A stretch of 58,121 nt of DNA from Octopus sinensis. Lineage: Eukaryota. The number at the start of each line of letters is the position of its first letter. Within the stretch, counting starts at the first letter, position 1. The stretch covers positions 1 through 58,121 of the forward strand of contig NW_021833654.1 in NCBI RefSeq assembly GCF_006345805.1. The letters run 5' to 3'. Shown here piece after piece: positions 10,805 to 22,300 of this stretch. The notes below the pieces were generated by a model. That model ran no database searches. It was not told where the DNA came from and worked only from the letters and a program-made list of their open reading frames with translations. The translations under genes and the position numbers were made by a program.

Positions 10805-13350
10805 GACCCAGGAAAACCTGGGACGAGGTGGTGAAGCACGACCTTCGAACTTTAGGTCTCACCAAGGAAATGACTGAAGACCGAGTCCTATGGAAGTGTG
10901 CTGTGCATGAGAGGACCCGGCAGGACTAGTCAGGCCATATCCCGTGGCCCCTACCTGGGACGTAGTCGATCCACCTGTGCATACCTTCCTTCTTGTGACA
11001 CTTGTGAAGACCTGCTGAGGCAAGTGAAAATCAATCAAAATAGATGAACATCAATGGAATTTGTATCTTTGTGGTACCAGTGCCTGTGGCACACAAGAAA
11101 ACCATCCGAACGTGCCGTAGCCAGTACCGCATCGACTGGCCTCCGTGCTGTGGGAACATGGTGGCACATAAAAACAACCATCCGAAGACCCGGCAAGACT
11201 AGTCAGGTCATAACCCGTGGGCCCTACCTGGGACGTAGTCAGTCCACCTGTACATACCTTCCGACTTGTGAAGACCTGCTGAGGCAAGTGAAAATCAAAT
11301 CAAATCAAATCAAAACAAATCAAAATAGATGAACATCAATGGAATTTGTATCCTTGTGGTACCAGTGCCAGTGGCACACAAGAATCCATCCGAACGTGGC
11401 CGTAGTCAGTACCGCTTGTGGTACCAGTGCCGGTGGCACACAAGAATCCATCCGAACATGGCCGTAGTCAGTACCGCATCACTGGCACCATTGTGCTGTG
11501 GGATGGGCAAACATAACAAAACACATCCGGTCGTGGCCGTTCGCCAGCCTCATCTAGCACCTGTGTCGGTGGCACATAAAAAACACCTTCCGAAGACCCG
11601 GCAAGACTAGTCAGGCCATAAACCATGGCCCCTACCTGGGACGTAGTCAGTCCACCTGTGCATACCTTCCTCCTTGTGATACTTGTGAAGGCCTGTTGAG
11701 GCAAGTGAAAATCAAAATCAAAATCAAAATCAAAACAAATCAAAATAGATGAACATCAATGGAATTTGTACTCTTTTGGTACCAGTGCCGGTGGCACACA
11801 AGAAAACCATCCGAAAGTGGCCGTAGCCAGTACCGCATCGACTGGCCTCCGTTCTGTGGGCACATGACAAACACCATCTGATCGTGGCCGTTCGCCAGCC
11901 TCATCTAGCACCTGTGTCGGTGGCACATAAAAACACCATCCGAAGACCCGGCAAGACTAGTCAGGCCATAACCCATGGCCCCTACCTGGGACGTAGTCAG
12001 TCCACCTGTGCATACCTCCCTTCTTGTGACACTTGTGAAGACCTGTTGAGGCAAGTGAAAATCAAAAAAAAAAAAAAATCAAATCAAAACAAATCAAAAT
12101 AGATGAACATCAATGGAATCTGTATCTTTGTGGTACCAGTGCCGGTGGCACACATGAGAACCATCCGAACGTGGCCGTAGCCAGTTCCGCATCGACCGGC
12201 CTCCGTGCTGTGGGCACGTAACAAACACCATCCGATCATGGCCGTTCGCCAGCCTCATCTGGCACCTGTGTCGTGGCACATAAAACACCTTCCGAAGACC
12301 CGGCAAGACTAGTCAGTCCACCTGTGCATACCTTCCTTCCTTCTTGTGACACTTGTGAAGACCGGTTGAGGCAAGTGAAAATCAAATCAAATCAAATCAA
12401 ATCAAAATAGACAAATAGATGAACATCAATGGAATTTGTATCTTGTGGTACCAGTGCCTGTGGCGCACAAGAAATCCATCAGTGCCGTAGTCAGTGCGGT
12501 GGGCACATGACAAACACCATCCGATCGTGGCCGTTCGCCAGCCTCATCTAGCACCTGTGTCGGTGGCACATAAAAACACACACCATCCGAAGACCCGCAA
12601 GACTAGTCAGGCCATACCCATGGCCCCTACCTACCTGGGACGTAGTCAGTCCACACTGTGCATACCTTCCTTCTTGTGACACTTGTGAAGACCTGTTGAG
12701 GCAGTGAAAATCAAATCAAATCAAAACAAATCAAAATAGATGACATCAATGGAATTTGTATCTTTGTGGTACCAGTGCCGGTGGCACGTGGCACATAAGA
12801 AAAACCATCCGAACGTGGCCGTAGCCAGTACCGCATCGACTGGCCTCCGTGCTGTGGGCACGTAACAAGCACCATCCGATCGTGGCCGTTTGCCAGCCTC
12901 ATCTGGCACCTGTGTCGGTGGCACATAAAACACTATCCGAGCGTGGCCGTCTGCCAGCCTCGTCTGGCACCTGTGTCGGTGGCACATAAAACACACCATC
13001 TGAGCGTGGCCGTCTGCCAGCCTCGTCTGGCACCTGTGTCGGTGGCACATAAAAAACACCATCCGAGCGTGGCCGTCTGCCAGCTTCGTCTGGCACCTGT
13101 GTCGGTGGCACATAAAAACAACCATCCGAGCGTGGCCGTTTGTCAGCCTCGTCTGGCACCTGTGTCGGTGGCACATAAAATCACCCACTACACTCTCGGA
13201 GTGGTTGGCGTTAGGAAGGGCATCCAGCTGTAGAAACACTGCCAGATCTGACTGGACTGGTGCAGCTTTCGGGCTCCCCAGACCCCAGTTGAACCGTCCA
13301 ACCCATGCTAGCATGGAAAGCGGACGTTAAATGATGATGATGATGATGAT
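10805..13350 (+). mobile_element. 5'-truncated RTE-clade LINE: ORF C-terminus plus six-fold reiterated 3' UTR and (GAT)n tail
   Basis: RPRKTWDEVVKHDLRTLGLTKEMTEDRVLWKCAVHERTRQD* at about 10804-10929. Units restart at about 10914, 11185, 11593, 11943, 12295 and 12590. Single (GAT)n tail. Candidate TSD CATATATA at 10797-10804 and 13352-13359. Confidence 0.88.
12882..13185 (+). repeat. Minisatellite of about 60-63 bp (about 5 copies) within the RTE 3' UTR
   Basis: GTGGCCGTCTGCCAGCCTCGTCTGGCACCTGTGTCGGTGGCACATAAAA.CACCATCCGAGC repeats. Confidence 0.9.
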
Positions 13351-13352
13351 AC

Positions 13353-13518
13353 ATATATACGACAGGCTTCTTTCAGTTTCCGTCTACCAAATCCACTCAC
13401 AAGGCTTTGGTCGGCCCGAGGCTATAGTAGAAGACACTTGCCCAAGGTGCCACGCAGTGGGACTGAACCCGGAACCATGTGGTTGGTAAACAAGCTACTT
13501 ACCACACAGCCACTCCTG

Positions 13519-13571
<53 letters not shown>

Positions 13572-13749
13572 ATATATAACATACATATATACGACGGGCT
13601 TCTTTCAGTTTCCGTCTACCAAATCCACTCACAAGGCATTGGTCAGCCCGGGGCTATAGTAGAAGACACTTGCCCATGGTGCCACACAGTGGGACTGAAC
13701 CCGGAACTATGTGGTTGGTAAATAAGCTACTTACCACACAGCCACTCCT
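13353..13749 (-). mobile_element. Two family-A SINE 5' halves in tandem
   Basis: Heads end at about 13518 and 13749 (CAGCCACTCCTG). Confidence 0.85.
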
Positions 13750-13855
13750 GATATATATACACACACACACACGCGCGCTCTTATATATATTGGGTTGGGC
13801 ACAATTAGTTTTTATTGCATTTTTTGATTTTGAGAAAAAATATATTTTCTACAAA

Positions 13856-14280
13856 TTTCATTTCATTTCATTTGAGTTTGAGTCCATGCTCAGGCCAAGT
13901 CGAAGACTCCACCCTCAGAGTCTGGTGTGGTTGCCAGGTTGTATTCTCTGCTTAATTTTGACATGTGTAGGAGCGAGTTTGAGTCAGTTTGTGCTCGTTG
14001 TGTATATCCTGGGAGATGGGGTTCATCTCTAATGGTGCTTAAGTATCTATCCAGCTGCAATTTGAATGATTCTACACTGCATCCTGATAGATTTCTGACA
14101 TGTACCGGAATGGAGTTGAATAGTTGTGCTCCTCGAACCAACAGACTTGACTCTCGCAGGGTTTTTGCTGCCTGGCCAGCCTTTTTGTTGATTGGTGGCA
14201 GCGTCTTCCGTGGCGCAGTGAGTGGTAGGTTTTGATACCAAAGTTTGGCACCTTTTGCTCTATCATTTTCCAAATGTATA
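13856..14280 (-). mobile_element. 5'-truncated CR1/L2-group LINE 3' end
   Basis: Open ORF tail RGAQLFNSIPVHVRNLSGCSVESFKLQLDRYLSTIRDEP...SNSLL, typical of the C-terminus of CR1-group RT ORFs. (TGAAA)n-like tail at about 13856-13876. Confidence 0.8.
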
Positions 14281-14421
14281 TAACCTTACAAAAACTATAT
14301 CAGCGAAACAAACGGCCTTCCCTAAATGCATTAAAAGCATTATAACATATATATTCTGATCACTATTTCAGAAAATTACCACCGTTCTCTTTGGGAATAT
14401 TTAAAAAAATTAAAAATTAGA

Positions 14422-14890
14422 TGGGGCAAAATGAGTAAGACAAGATAAGGTAAATTTGTTACTTCTGCTTTCCGAAATTTCATTTGAAAAAGCAAACTAA
14501 TACACATCAATATGTATCCCTATATATCAGAAATGGGATCTTTTTGGTTAGAAAAAACTGCCGGTCAAACCGAAAAGATCCCAAACTTGACTTAGAATCC
14601 AACAGAGAAATGAATATTGATTGTCAAAACACCATAAATTATACAGATATTTTATTAGCAACTCCAATTGCTATTGGGGCAACGTTGAGGAAAACATTTC
14701 TTGAAAAGGAAGCAAAAGTACCTGTCACCTATGTTCCAAATTCTCCATTTTAACAACAACTATGCTGACTAGTTTATATTCCTAAATACAATATAGCGAC
14801 ACTAAATGACTACGCAACACTTGCAATGTAATAATCTAAATTAGGTAGAAAGAAAATTTCAAAGAATCAGAAATTACTCATTTTGCCCCA
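14422..14890. mobile_element. Decayed TIR element (possibly pogo/Tc1-like)
   Basis: 17-bp inverted repeat TGGGGCAAAATGAGTAA / TTACTCATTTTGCCCCA. TSD not evident. Confidence 0.45.
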
Positions 14891-14995
14891 CCTCCTATAT
14901 CAATGATCCCGAAATGTAGGTATATAATTTTGTGTGTAGATAGTACATTGTATTTACGAAAAAAAGGCTTATAATATATATGTATATAGAAGTTT

Positions 14996-15850
14996 GGCAA
15001 TGTTTCGTTTGTCGTAGCACACGTTTCCGTCGATTTCCGTAAAAAATGTAAACACTGAATCGGCCATACATACATACATACATACATACATACACACATA
15101 CACACACACATACATACTACACACATACATACATACACACACACATACATACACACACACATACATACACACACACATACATAGATACATACACACACAT
15201 ACATGCAGACATACATATACACATAAACCGAGTAAAAAATTACACTGAATCGGCCATACATACATACACACACACATACATACACACACACATACATAGA
15301 TACATACACACATACATACATTCAGACATACATATACACATACAGAGTAAAAAATTACACTGAATCGGCCATACATACATACACACACACATACATACAC
15401 ACACACATACATAGATACATACACACATACATACATTCAGACATACATATACACATACACAGAGTAAAAAATTACACTGAATCGGCCATACATACATACA
15501 TACATACACACACACATAGATACACACACACATACATATACATAGATACACACACACACACGCACATACATGCATACATACATATACACATACACCGAGT
15601 AAAAAATTTCAGTTATCTCTTTTCTTTCACACATTACTCTGTCTCTTCACACACACTAACAGAAGCACTTCACTTACACAACATACTGTCTGTCTCCCAC
15701 ACCCCATCAAACACACACACAGGGACTTCAAAAAGAAATTCCCTCGTCATAAAATCGCTTCCTCTTAGTCTCTTTCGCTCTCATTACTTCAAATATTCCC
15801 GCAAAGCCATATGTAAAAAAATAAAAGTTTTTTACGGAAGAAACATTGCC
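14996..15850. mobile_element. Merlin-like MITE copy M2 with internal tandem amplification
   Basis: GGCAATGTTTC...GAAACATTGCC termini. Perfect 8-bp TSD AGAAGTTT (14988-14995, 15851-15858). Four internal ACACTGAATCGGCCATAC+(CATA)n units. Confidence 0.85.
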
Positions 15851-15944
15851 AGAAGTTTATTTGCTCGGTCCTTTAAGCATAACCGCTTGTCTGTCTTTTT
15901 CATCTACCCCACTTCTCTGTTTACAGAATATTATTATTATTAGC

Positions 15945-16110
15945 GGCGTTTCACAGGTCTTTACGTTCTGAGTTCAAATTCCGCTGAGGTCGATATTGCC
16001 TTTCATCCTTTCAGGGTCGGTGAAATAAGTACCAGTTGAGCACTGGGGTCGATTTAATCGACTTAATCCCTCCCCGCAAATTTCAGGCCTTGTGCCTATA
16101 GTAGAAAGCA
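15945..16110 (+). mobile_element. Family-B SINE
   Basis: GTTCTGAGTTCAAATTCC...GCCTTTCATCCTTTCAGGGTCG...AAGTACCAGTT. Confidence 0.75.
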
Positions 16111-16126
16111 TATTCTCTCTCTCTCT

Positions 16127-16430
16127 CTTTTACTCTTTTACTTGTTTCAGTCATTTGACCATGTCCATGCTGGAGCACTATCCTTTAGTGGAGCAAATCG
16201 ACCCCAGAACTTATTCTTTGTAAGCCCAGTACTTATTCTATCGGTCTGTTTTGCCGAACCGCTAACTTACGGAGACGTAAACACACCAGCATCGGTTGTC
16301 AAGCAATGCTAGGGGGACAAACACAGACACACAAACATATATGTATATGATGGGCTTCTTTCAGTTTCCGTCTACCAAATCCACTCACAAGGCTTTGGTC
16401 GGCCCGAGGCTATAGTAGAAGACACTTGCC
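16127..16430 (-). mobile_element. Family-A SINE, 5'-truncated
   Basis: Tail through GACACTTGCCC. Confidence 0.85.
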
Positions 16431-16557
16431 CTTATTATTATTATTATTGTTGTTGTTGTTTACTTGTTTCCATAATTGAACTGCGGCCTTGCTGGGGCAC
16501 CGCCTTGAACAAATCGACCCGCTCCTACCCCAAACATTTTTTTATATATATAAAGTC

Positions 16558-16989
16558 GGCAATCTTTCGTCTCTAGTAGACCTTTCCGTCGATTTCCGTA
16601 AAAAAAATTTTTTTTTTTACATATGGGCTTGCGGGAACTTTTGAAGTAATGAACGCGAAAGAGACTAAGAGAAAGCGATTTTATGATGAGGGAAGTTCTT
16701 TTGAAGTTACCGTGCATGGAAAGCATTGATGTACATGTGTGTGTGTGTGTGTGTTTGATGGGGTGTGGGAGACAGACAGTATGTTGTGTAAGTGAAGTGC
16801 TTCTGTTAGTGTGTGTGAAGAGACAGAGAGAGTAATGTGTGAAAGAAAGAGATAACTGAAATTTTTTACTCGGTGTATGTGTATATGTATGTATATTACT
16901 TCGAAAGTTCCCGCAAGCCTATATATATAAAAAAAAAAAATTTTTTTACGGAAATCGGCGGAAAGGTCTACTAGAGACGAAAGATCGCC
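16558..16989. mobile_element. Merlin-like MITE copy M3
   Basis: TIRs of about 90 bp. Perfect 8-bp TSD ATAAAGTC (16550-16557, 16990-16997). Internal sequence nearly identical to 6194-6618. Confidence 0.9.
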
Positions 16990-17014
16990 ATAAAGTCTAG
17001 TATTTCGGGAACGT

Positions 17015-17235
17015 GTTTGTTTGTGTGTCTGTGTTTGTTCCCCTAGCATTGCTTGACAACCGATGCTGGTGTGTTTACGTCCCCGTCACTTAGCGGTTCG
17101 GCAAAAAAGAGACCGATAGAATAAGTACTGGGCTTACAAAGAATAAGTCCTGGGGTCGAGTTGCTCGATTAAAGGCGGTGCTCCAGCATGGCCGCAGTCA
17201 AATGACTGAAACAAGTAAAAGAAGAAAGAGAAAAG
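17015..17235 (+). mobile_element. Family-A SINE 3' half
   Basis: Body and tail match. Confidence 0.85.
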
Positions 17236-17449
17236 AGAATCCTATACCGGTTATCAAACGGTTTTGGTGAGAACAAACACACACGTCTCGAAAGTACACA
17301 CACACCTTTCATTACACGATTTATCTGTAGAGACTCTGCTTTCATTTGTTACGACGCTTATACAGGTCAAACCATAAAAAATTGCACAAGGCGTACTTCA
17401 CATGGCATTCTTTTATTCCCAGAAATCTTTCAACGGGATTGTTTATTTA

Positions 17450-18351
17450 TTGGGTTGGTGCATTTTCAACAAATTTTATTGAACAAAAATGTTGGATCTT
17501 TTCGGTTTGAACGGCAGTTTTTTTCTAGCAGTGTCATATGAAATTGTCACCCATAATTATGACCCTAGTATCGATCTATTGCATTTCAATCTGTTTTAGG
17601 GTTACAGTTAGGGTTAGGGGGAAGGGTAACCTTTTTCTTCAGAAATGTAAATAAACCCAATCTGTTTCTTAAACGAGGGACATATTCATACGGCACAGAA
17701 TGTTTTCACCTCAATAGACGTCATTGATTGGTTGAAATTGCAGAAATTGAAGAAAAAAAAACCAACAAATATCTTACAAACTATAGAATTTTCTCAATAA
17801 AGCCAAGAGAAAAAGGACCCTAGTATCAATCTATTGTATTTCAATTTGTTTTAGGGTTAGGGGTGGAGGAAGGGTATCTTTTTTCTTCAGAAATGTAAAT
17901 AAACCCAATCTGTTTCTTAAACGAGGGACATATTCAGACGGCACAGAATGTTTTCACCTCAATAGACGTCATTGATTGGTTGAAATTGCAGAAATTGAAG
18001 AGAAAAAAACAACAAATATCTTACAAACTATACAATTTTCTCAATAAAGCCAAGAGAAAAAGATGTTTTATAAACACATTCTACCAGTCTACGAAGTTTA
18101 AAAGTGTTTAGTTACGTGGAAATTTTTTTAAAAAACTGCTGTTCAAACCGAAAAGATCCAAAATAATAACATTTACCGAAAACATCTTTAAATGATTATT
18201 CCAGAGCATATTCACCATCTACTTCAACTACTGCTTCCCGTTTGCTTGGCAAACAGTCATTTAATGATGTTTTTTGTTCAATATTGTTATTGTTTTTGTT
18301 GAATAAAATTTGTTGAAAAAGAATAACCACAATAATTATACACCAACCCAA
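17450..18351. mobile_element. Mariner-derived MITE (TA-TTGGGTTGGTG...CACCAACCCAA-TA) hosting a nested element
   Basis: Terminal inverted repeats with TA on both sides and matching subterminal TTCAACAAATTTTATT motifs. Confidence 0.75.
17494..18159. mobile_element. Non-autonomous TIR element with GGATC termini and an internal duplication of about 255 bp
   Basis: TIR of about 29 bp GGATCTTTTCGGTTTGAACGGCAGTTTTT. Direct repeat starting at 17563 and 17818. Contains TTAGGG motifs. Confidence 0.85.
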
Positions 18352-18541
18352 TACTTTTCAGATGTGTGAGGGTGGGGGTGCTGAGAGAGAGACAGACAGA
18401 CGAATTTAGCATTCATATTGGTATTTGTCAGGGAACCTGTGCTCTCAGAGTTCAAATCATGTTGATGTCTACTTCCAGTATTTGTTTTGCCTCTTCTTTC
18501 TCCCCCCACTCTCTCTCTCTCTCTCTCTTCTGGAATTTAAG

Positions 18542-18648
18542 GAATTTTGTTGAGAATCGATGACTCATTGACCACTCCAGTGACTCACAAAATTGGAAGG
18601 CTGCTTCAACTTCTGTCACATGCAGACAGTTCTGCCATGGTGCCATGG
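18542..18648 (+). CDS. Candidate internal coding exon of an unidentified gene
   Basis: Polypyrimidine tract + AG|, open frame (G)ILLRIDDSLTTPVTHKIGRLLQLLSHADSSAMVPW, |GTGAGG donor, non-repetitive sequence. Confidence 0.4.
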
Positions 18649-18698
18649 GTGAGGGCTGGCTGTCAAGAAGTAGCCAGTGGCACACGAACTATCATTAA

Positions 18699-18919
18699 CC
18701 CTTTAGTATTTAAACAGGCCATATCTGGCCCTTATATTCTACCTGCTTTATGTTCTAACTAGTCAGATCCAACCTATCACACCTACCCTTCAATGCCATT
18801 CTAGAAATATACAATCTCATCATCAAAACTTTATAGCTACAAAATAAAGCATGATTAATTACAAACGATGTCAATGAAAAAATCATTACATTTGACAAAA
18901 TAATCTGAATACGAAAGGG
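18699..18919. mobile_element. piggyBac-type MITE (family P1)
   Basis: TTAA-CCCTTTAGTATT...AATACGAAAGGG-TTAA. Confidence 0.88.
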
Positions 18920-19129
18920 TTAAGTTCTTGACAGGCCCCTTATCAAAGCACTTACTCTGTTTTCTATATATTGTGAGCTGGAGTAAATAATGCTATCCCT
19001 AGCAGACATGTGTCCACCACTGTGGATGGGCACAGCTCGAAACCGTATGGTCTGGGGGTCTCATTGTCTGCTAGAACATGGTAGGGGTTCACTCCGCCAC
19101 TTGCAATATATACTAGGTGCAGATTGCAT

Positions 19130-19505
19130 TCATCATCATCATCGTTTAACGTCCGTTCTCCATGCTAGCATGGGTTGGACGGTTTGACCGGGGATCTGGG
19201 AAGCCAGAAGGCTGCACCAGGCTCCGGTCTTATCTGGCAGAGTTTCTACAGCTGGATGCCCTTCCTAACGCCAACCACTCCGTGAGTGTAGTGGGTGCTT
19301 TTTACGTGCCACCTGCACTGGTGCCAGGCGAGGCTGGCAACGGCCACAGTCGGATTGGTGCATTTTATGGAAGCCAGTCAAGGCGGCACTGGCTTCGGCT
19401 ACGATTCGGATGGTGCTTTTTACGTGCCACCGACACGGAAGCTAGTCGAGGCGGCGCTGGCATCGGCCACAATTTGGATGGTGCATTTTATGGAAGCCAG
19501 TCGAG
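19130..19505 (-). mobile_element. Family-C RTE-type 3' end
   Basis: (CAT)n tail, GCTGGATGCCCTTCCTAACGCC, internal 60-bp-type repeats. Confidence 0.85.
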
Positions 19506-19519
19506 GCGGCCCTTTTTTT

Positions 19520-19728
19520 TTTTTTACTACCCACAAGGGGGTAGTACACACAGAGAGGACGAACGGATTAAGTTGATTATATCGATCCCAGTGCGTAACT
19601 GGTACTTATTTAATCGACCCCGAAAGGATGAAAGGCAAAGTCAACCTCGGTGGAATTTGAACTCGGAACGGCAGACGAAATACCGCAAAGCATTTCGCCC
19701 AGCATGCTAACGATTCAGCCAGCTCGCC
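19520..19728 (-). mobile_element. Family-B SINE, young
   Basis: Reverse of GGCGAGCTGGC...GTTGACTTTGCCTTTCATCCTTTCGGGGTCGATTAAATAAGTACCAG. Confidence 0.85.
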
Positions 19729-19884
19729 GTCTAACCAGCTAGAGGAGGATCCTCTTGGGGTTAAAAATGGTAGCAATGTTGGTTCCTACAGAACGCGTTT
19801 ACTGCCACATCAGCGGTAGGAAGCAACATTACTACCGTTCAATATTTAAGAGATGAGGAATTATGTACATTATTTACATCCGCC

Positions 19885-21070
19885 ACGGGCATATGACGTA
19901 GTGGGTAAGAGTGTGGGCTACTAACCCCAAGAGTCCGAGTTCAATTCCAAGCAGTGATTTGAACAACAACAACAATAATAATAATATCAATAAATGCCCT
20001 TATGCGATACCAGGCAGTGGCTCTCATGGCTTCTGATCTTAACTGACTGGAAGTGTTATCATGTACATTGTTTTGTCTTGGTATAAAAGAGGGGCTACAG
20101 AAAATATTCTGCTCAATACCACAGATTTGCTAATGCCCTGATGCAGTACCAGGCAGTGGCTCTCATGGCTTCTGATCTTAACAGATTGGAAGTGTTATCA
20201 TGTACATTGTTTTGTCTTGGTATAAAAGATGGGCTACAGCAAATATTCTGCTCAATACCACAGATTTGCTAATGCCCTGATGCAGTACCAGGCAATGGCT
20301 CTCATGGCTTCTGATCTTAACTGATTGGGAGTGTTATCATGTACATTGTTTTGTCTTGGTATAAAAGATGGGCTACAGCAAATATTCTGCTCAATACCAC
20401 AGATTTGCTAATGCCCTGATGCAGTACCAGGCAGTGGCTCTCATGACTTCTGATCTTAACTGATTGGAAATGTTATCATGTACATTGTTTTGTCTTGTTA
20501 TAAAAGAGGGGCTACAGAAAATATTCTGCTCAATACCACAGATTTGCTAATGCCCTGATGCAGTACCAGACAGTGGCTCCCATGGCTTCTGATCTTAACT
20601 GATTGGAAATGTTATCATGTACATTGTTTTGTCTTGGTATAAAAGATGGCCTACAGAAAATATTCTGCTCAATACCACAGATTTGCTAATGCCCTGATGC
20701 AGTACCAGGTAGTAGCTCTCATGGCTTCTGATCTTAACTGATTGGAAGTGTTATCATGTACATTGTTTTGTCTTGTTATAAAAGAGGGGCTACAGAAAAT
20801 ATTCTGCTCAATACCACAGATTTGCTAATGCCCTGATGCAGTACCAGGTAGTAGCTCTCATGGCTTCTGATCTTAACTGATTGGAAGTGTTATCATGTAC
20901 ATTGTTTTGTCTTGTTATAAAAGAGGGGCTACAGCAAATATTCTGTTCAATACCACAGATTTGCTTGTCAGTTGTTTGACCTTAACCAGTTGAGCATGTC
21001 CCTTAGTGGCTGATGATATGTGCATCTCTGATCACGAGCAGAAGTAGTGGGGGAGCACCATAGCTGTGTG
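19885..21070 (+). mobile_element. Family-E tRNA-derived SINE with an internally amplified body
   Basis: A box GACGTAGTGG and B box GAGTTCAATTCC at 19895-19950, (CAA/TAA)n, seven 139-bp units, then the remaining body to about 21070. Confidence 0.7.
19993..20965. repeat. Tandem array, 7 x 139 bp
   Basis: Unit starts at 19993, 20132, 20271, 20410, 20549, 20688 and 20827. Confidence 0.95.
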
Positions 21071-21071
21071 T

Positions 21072-22186
21072 TAAATTTAGTGTGGCTTGATTGTAACTAA
21101 ACATGTTCATTCAACTGTGTCGGCCTTCATTTTAGGCACAAAATATACTGTCATGTGACACTAAATTTAATCTGCCAGGTGGAGCAGTGGACAGGAGTTG
21201 CTTGTATGTAGTCCAATGGCTAAAGTTTAGGTTTTTAGCTGTGTAGGTTCCATACGTTAAATGGCAGAATGAGTTTTGTGTATGAATAGTTATTTGTCAG
21301 CGCCACCTAGACTGGCTTCCGTGCTGGTGGCACGTAAAATGCACAAATCCGATTGTGGCCGTTGCCAGCCTCGCCTGGCACCTGTGCAGGTGGCACGTAA
21401 AAAGCAGCCAGTACACTCACGGAGTGGTTGGCGTTAGGAAGGGCATCCAGCTGTAGAAACTCTGCCAGATCAGACTGGAGCCTGGTGCAGCCTTCTGGCT
21501 TCCCAGATCCCCGGTCGAACTGTCCAACCCATGCTAGCATGGAAAACGGACGTTAAGCGATGATGATGTATGTATTCTGTTACAGTTTGTTACATCTTGG
21601 TATATACTTTAGTATGAAAGTATTTTTTCGTTGTTGGTTATCCATGATTCATCTGTGGTATTCGCTGAACATAGGTAGAGTGAGAAGACCTGGAATCTGG
21701 TGGGGAGGGGTGTCTTATATTTTGCACATATGTCTATGTGTCCACTCAGTGGAATCTGTCTAATACTAGGTGTCTTGCATTTGTTGTTGGTGAATGGTCT
21801 ATTCACCTGGCAGATTAAATTTAGTGTGACTTGATTGTAACTAAACATGTTCGTTCAACTGTGTCGGCCTTCATTTTAGGCACAAAATATACTGTCATGT
21901 AACACTAAATTTAATCCGCCAGGTGGAGCAGTGGACTGGGGGAGGGAGGGGGCTTATATTTTTGCACATATGTCTATGTGTCCACTCAGTGGAATCTGTC
22001 TAATACTAGGTGTCTTGTGTCCACTCAGTGGAATCTGTCTAATAGTAGGGGTCTTGCTTTGTTGTTGGTGAATGGTCTATTCACCTGGCAGATTAAATTT
22101 AGTGTGACTTGATTGTAACTAAACATGTTCATTCAACTGTGTCGGCCTTCATTTTAGGCACAAAATATACTGTCATGTAACACTAA
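21072..22186. repeat. Three copies of a hairpin-bounded element of about 120 bp, two within a tandem duplication of about 240 bp
   Basis: CACCTGGCAGATTAAATTTAGTGT...ACACTAAATTTAATC(T/C)GCCAGGTG at about 21072-21182, 21805-21925 and 22082-22186. Confidence 0.7.
21305..21567 (+). mobile_element. Family-C RTE-type 3' end
   Basis: Ends GGACGTTAAGCGATGATGATG. Confidence 0.85.
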
Positions 22187-22300
22187 CAGGAAATATACAA
22201 AGGGTTTTAAACTTAATCACTTGTTCATTCTCTACAAACACTTGTCAGAAAGCATTCAGAGCGTTGATTGTTTGGTACTGTCACTAGACATCTTCATTAA

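Noticed and set aside
17596-17620. TTAGGG motifs as telomeric sequence
   Set aside because: There are only about 3 degenerate units, internal to a TIR element and repeated with its internal duplication.
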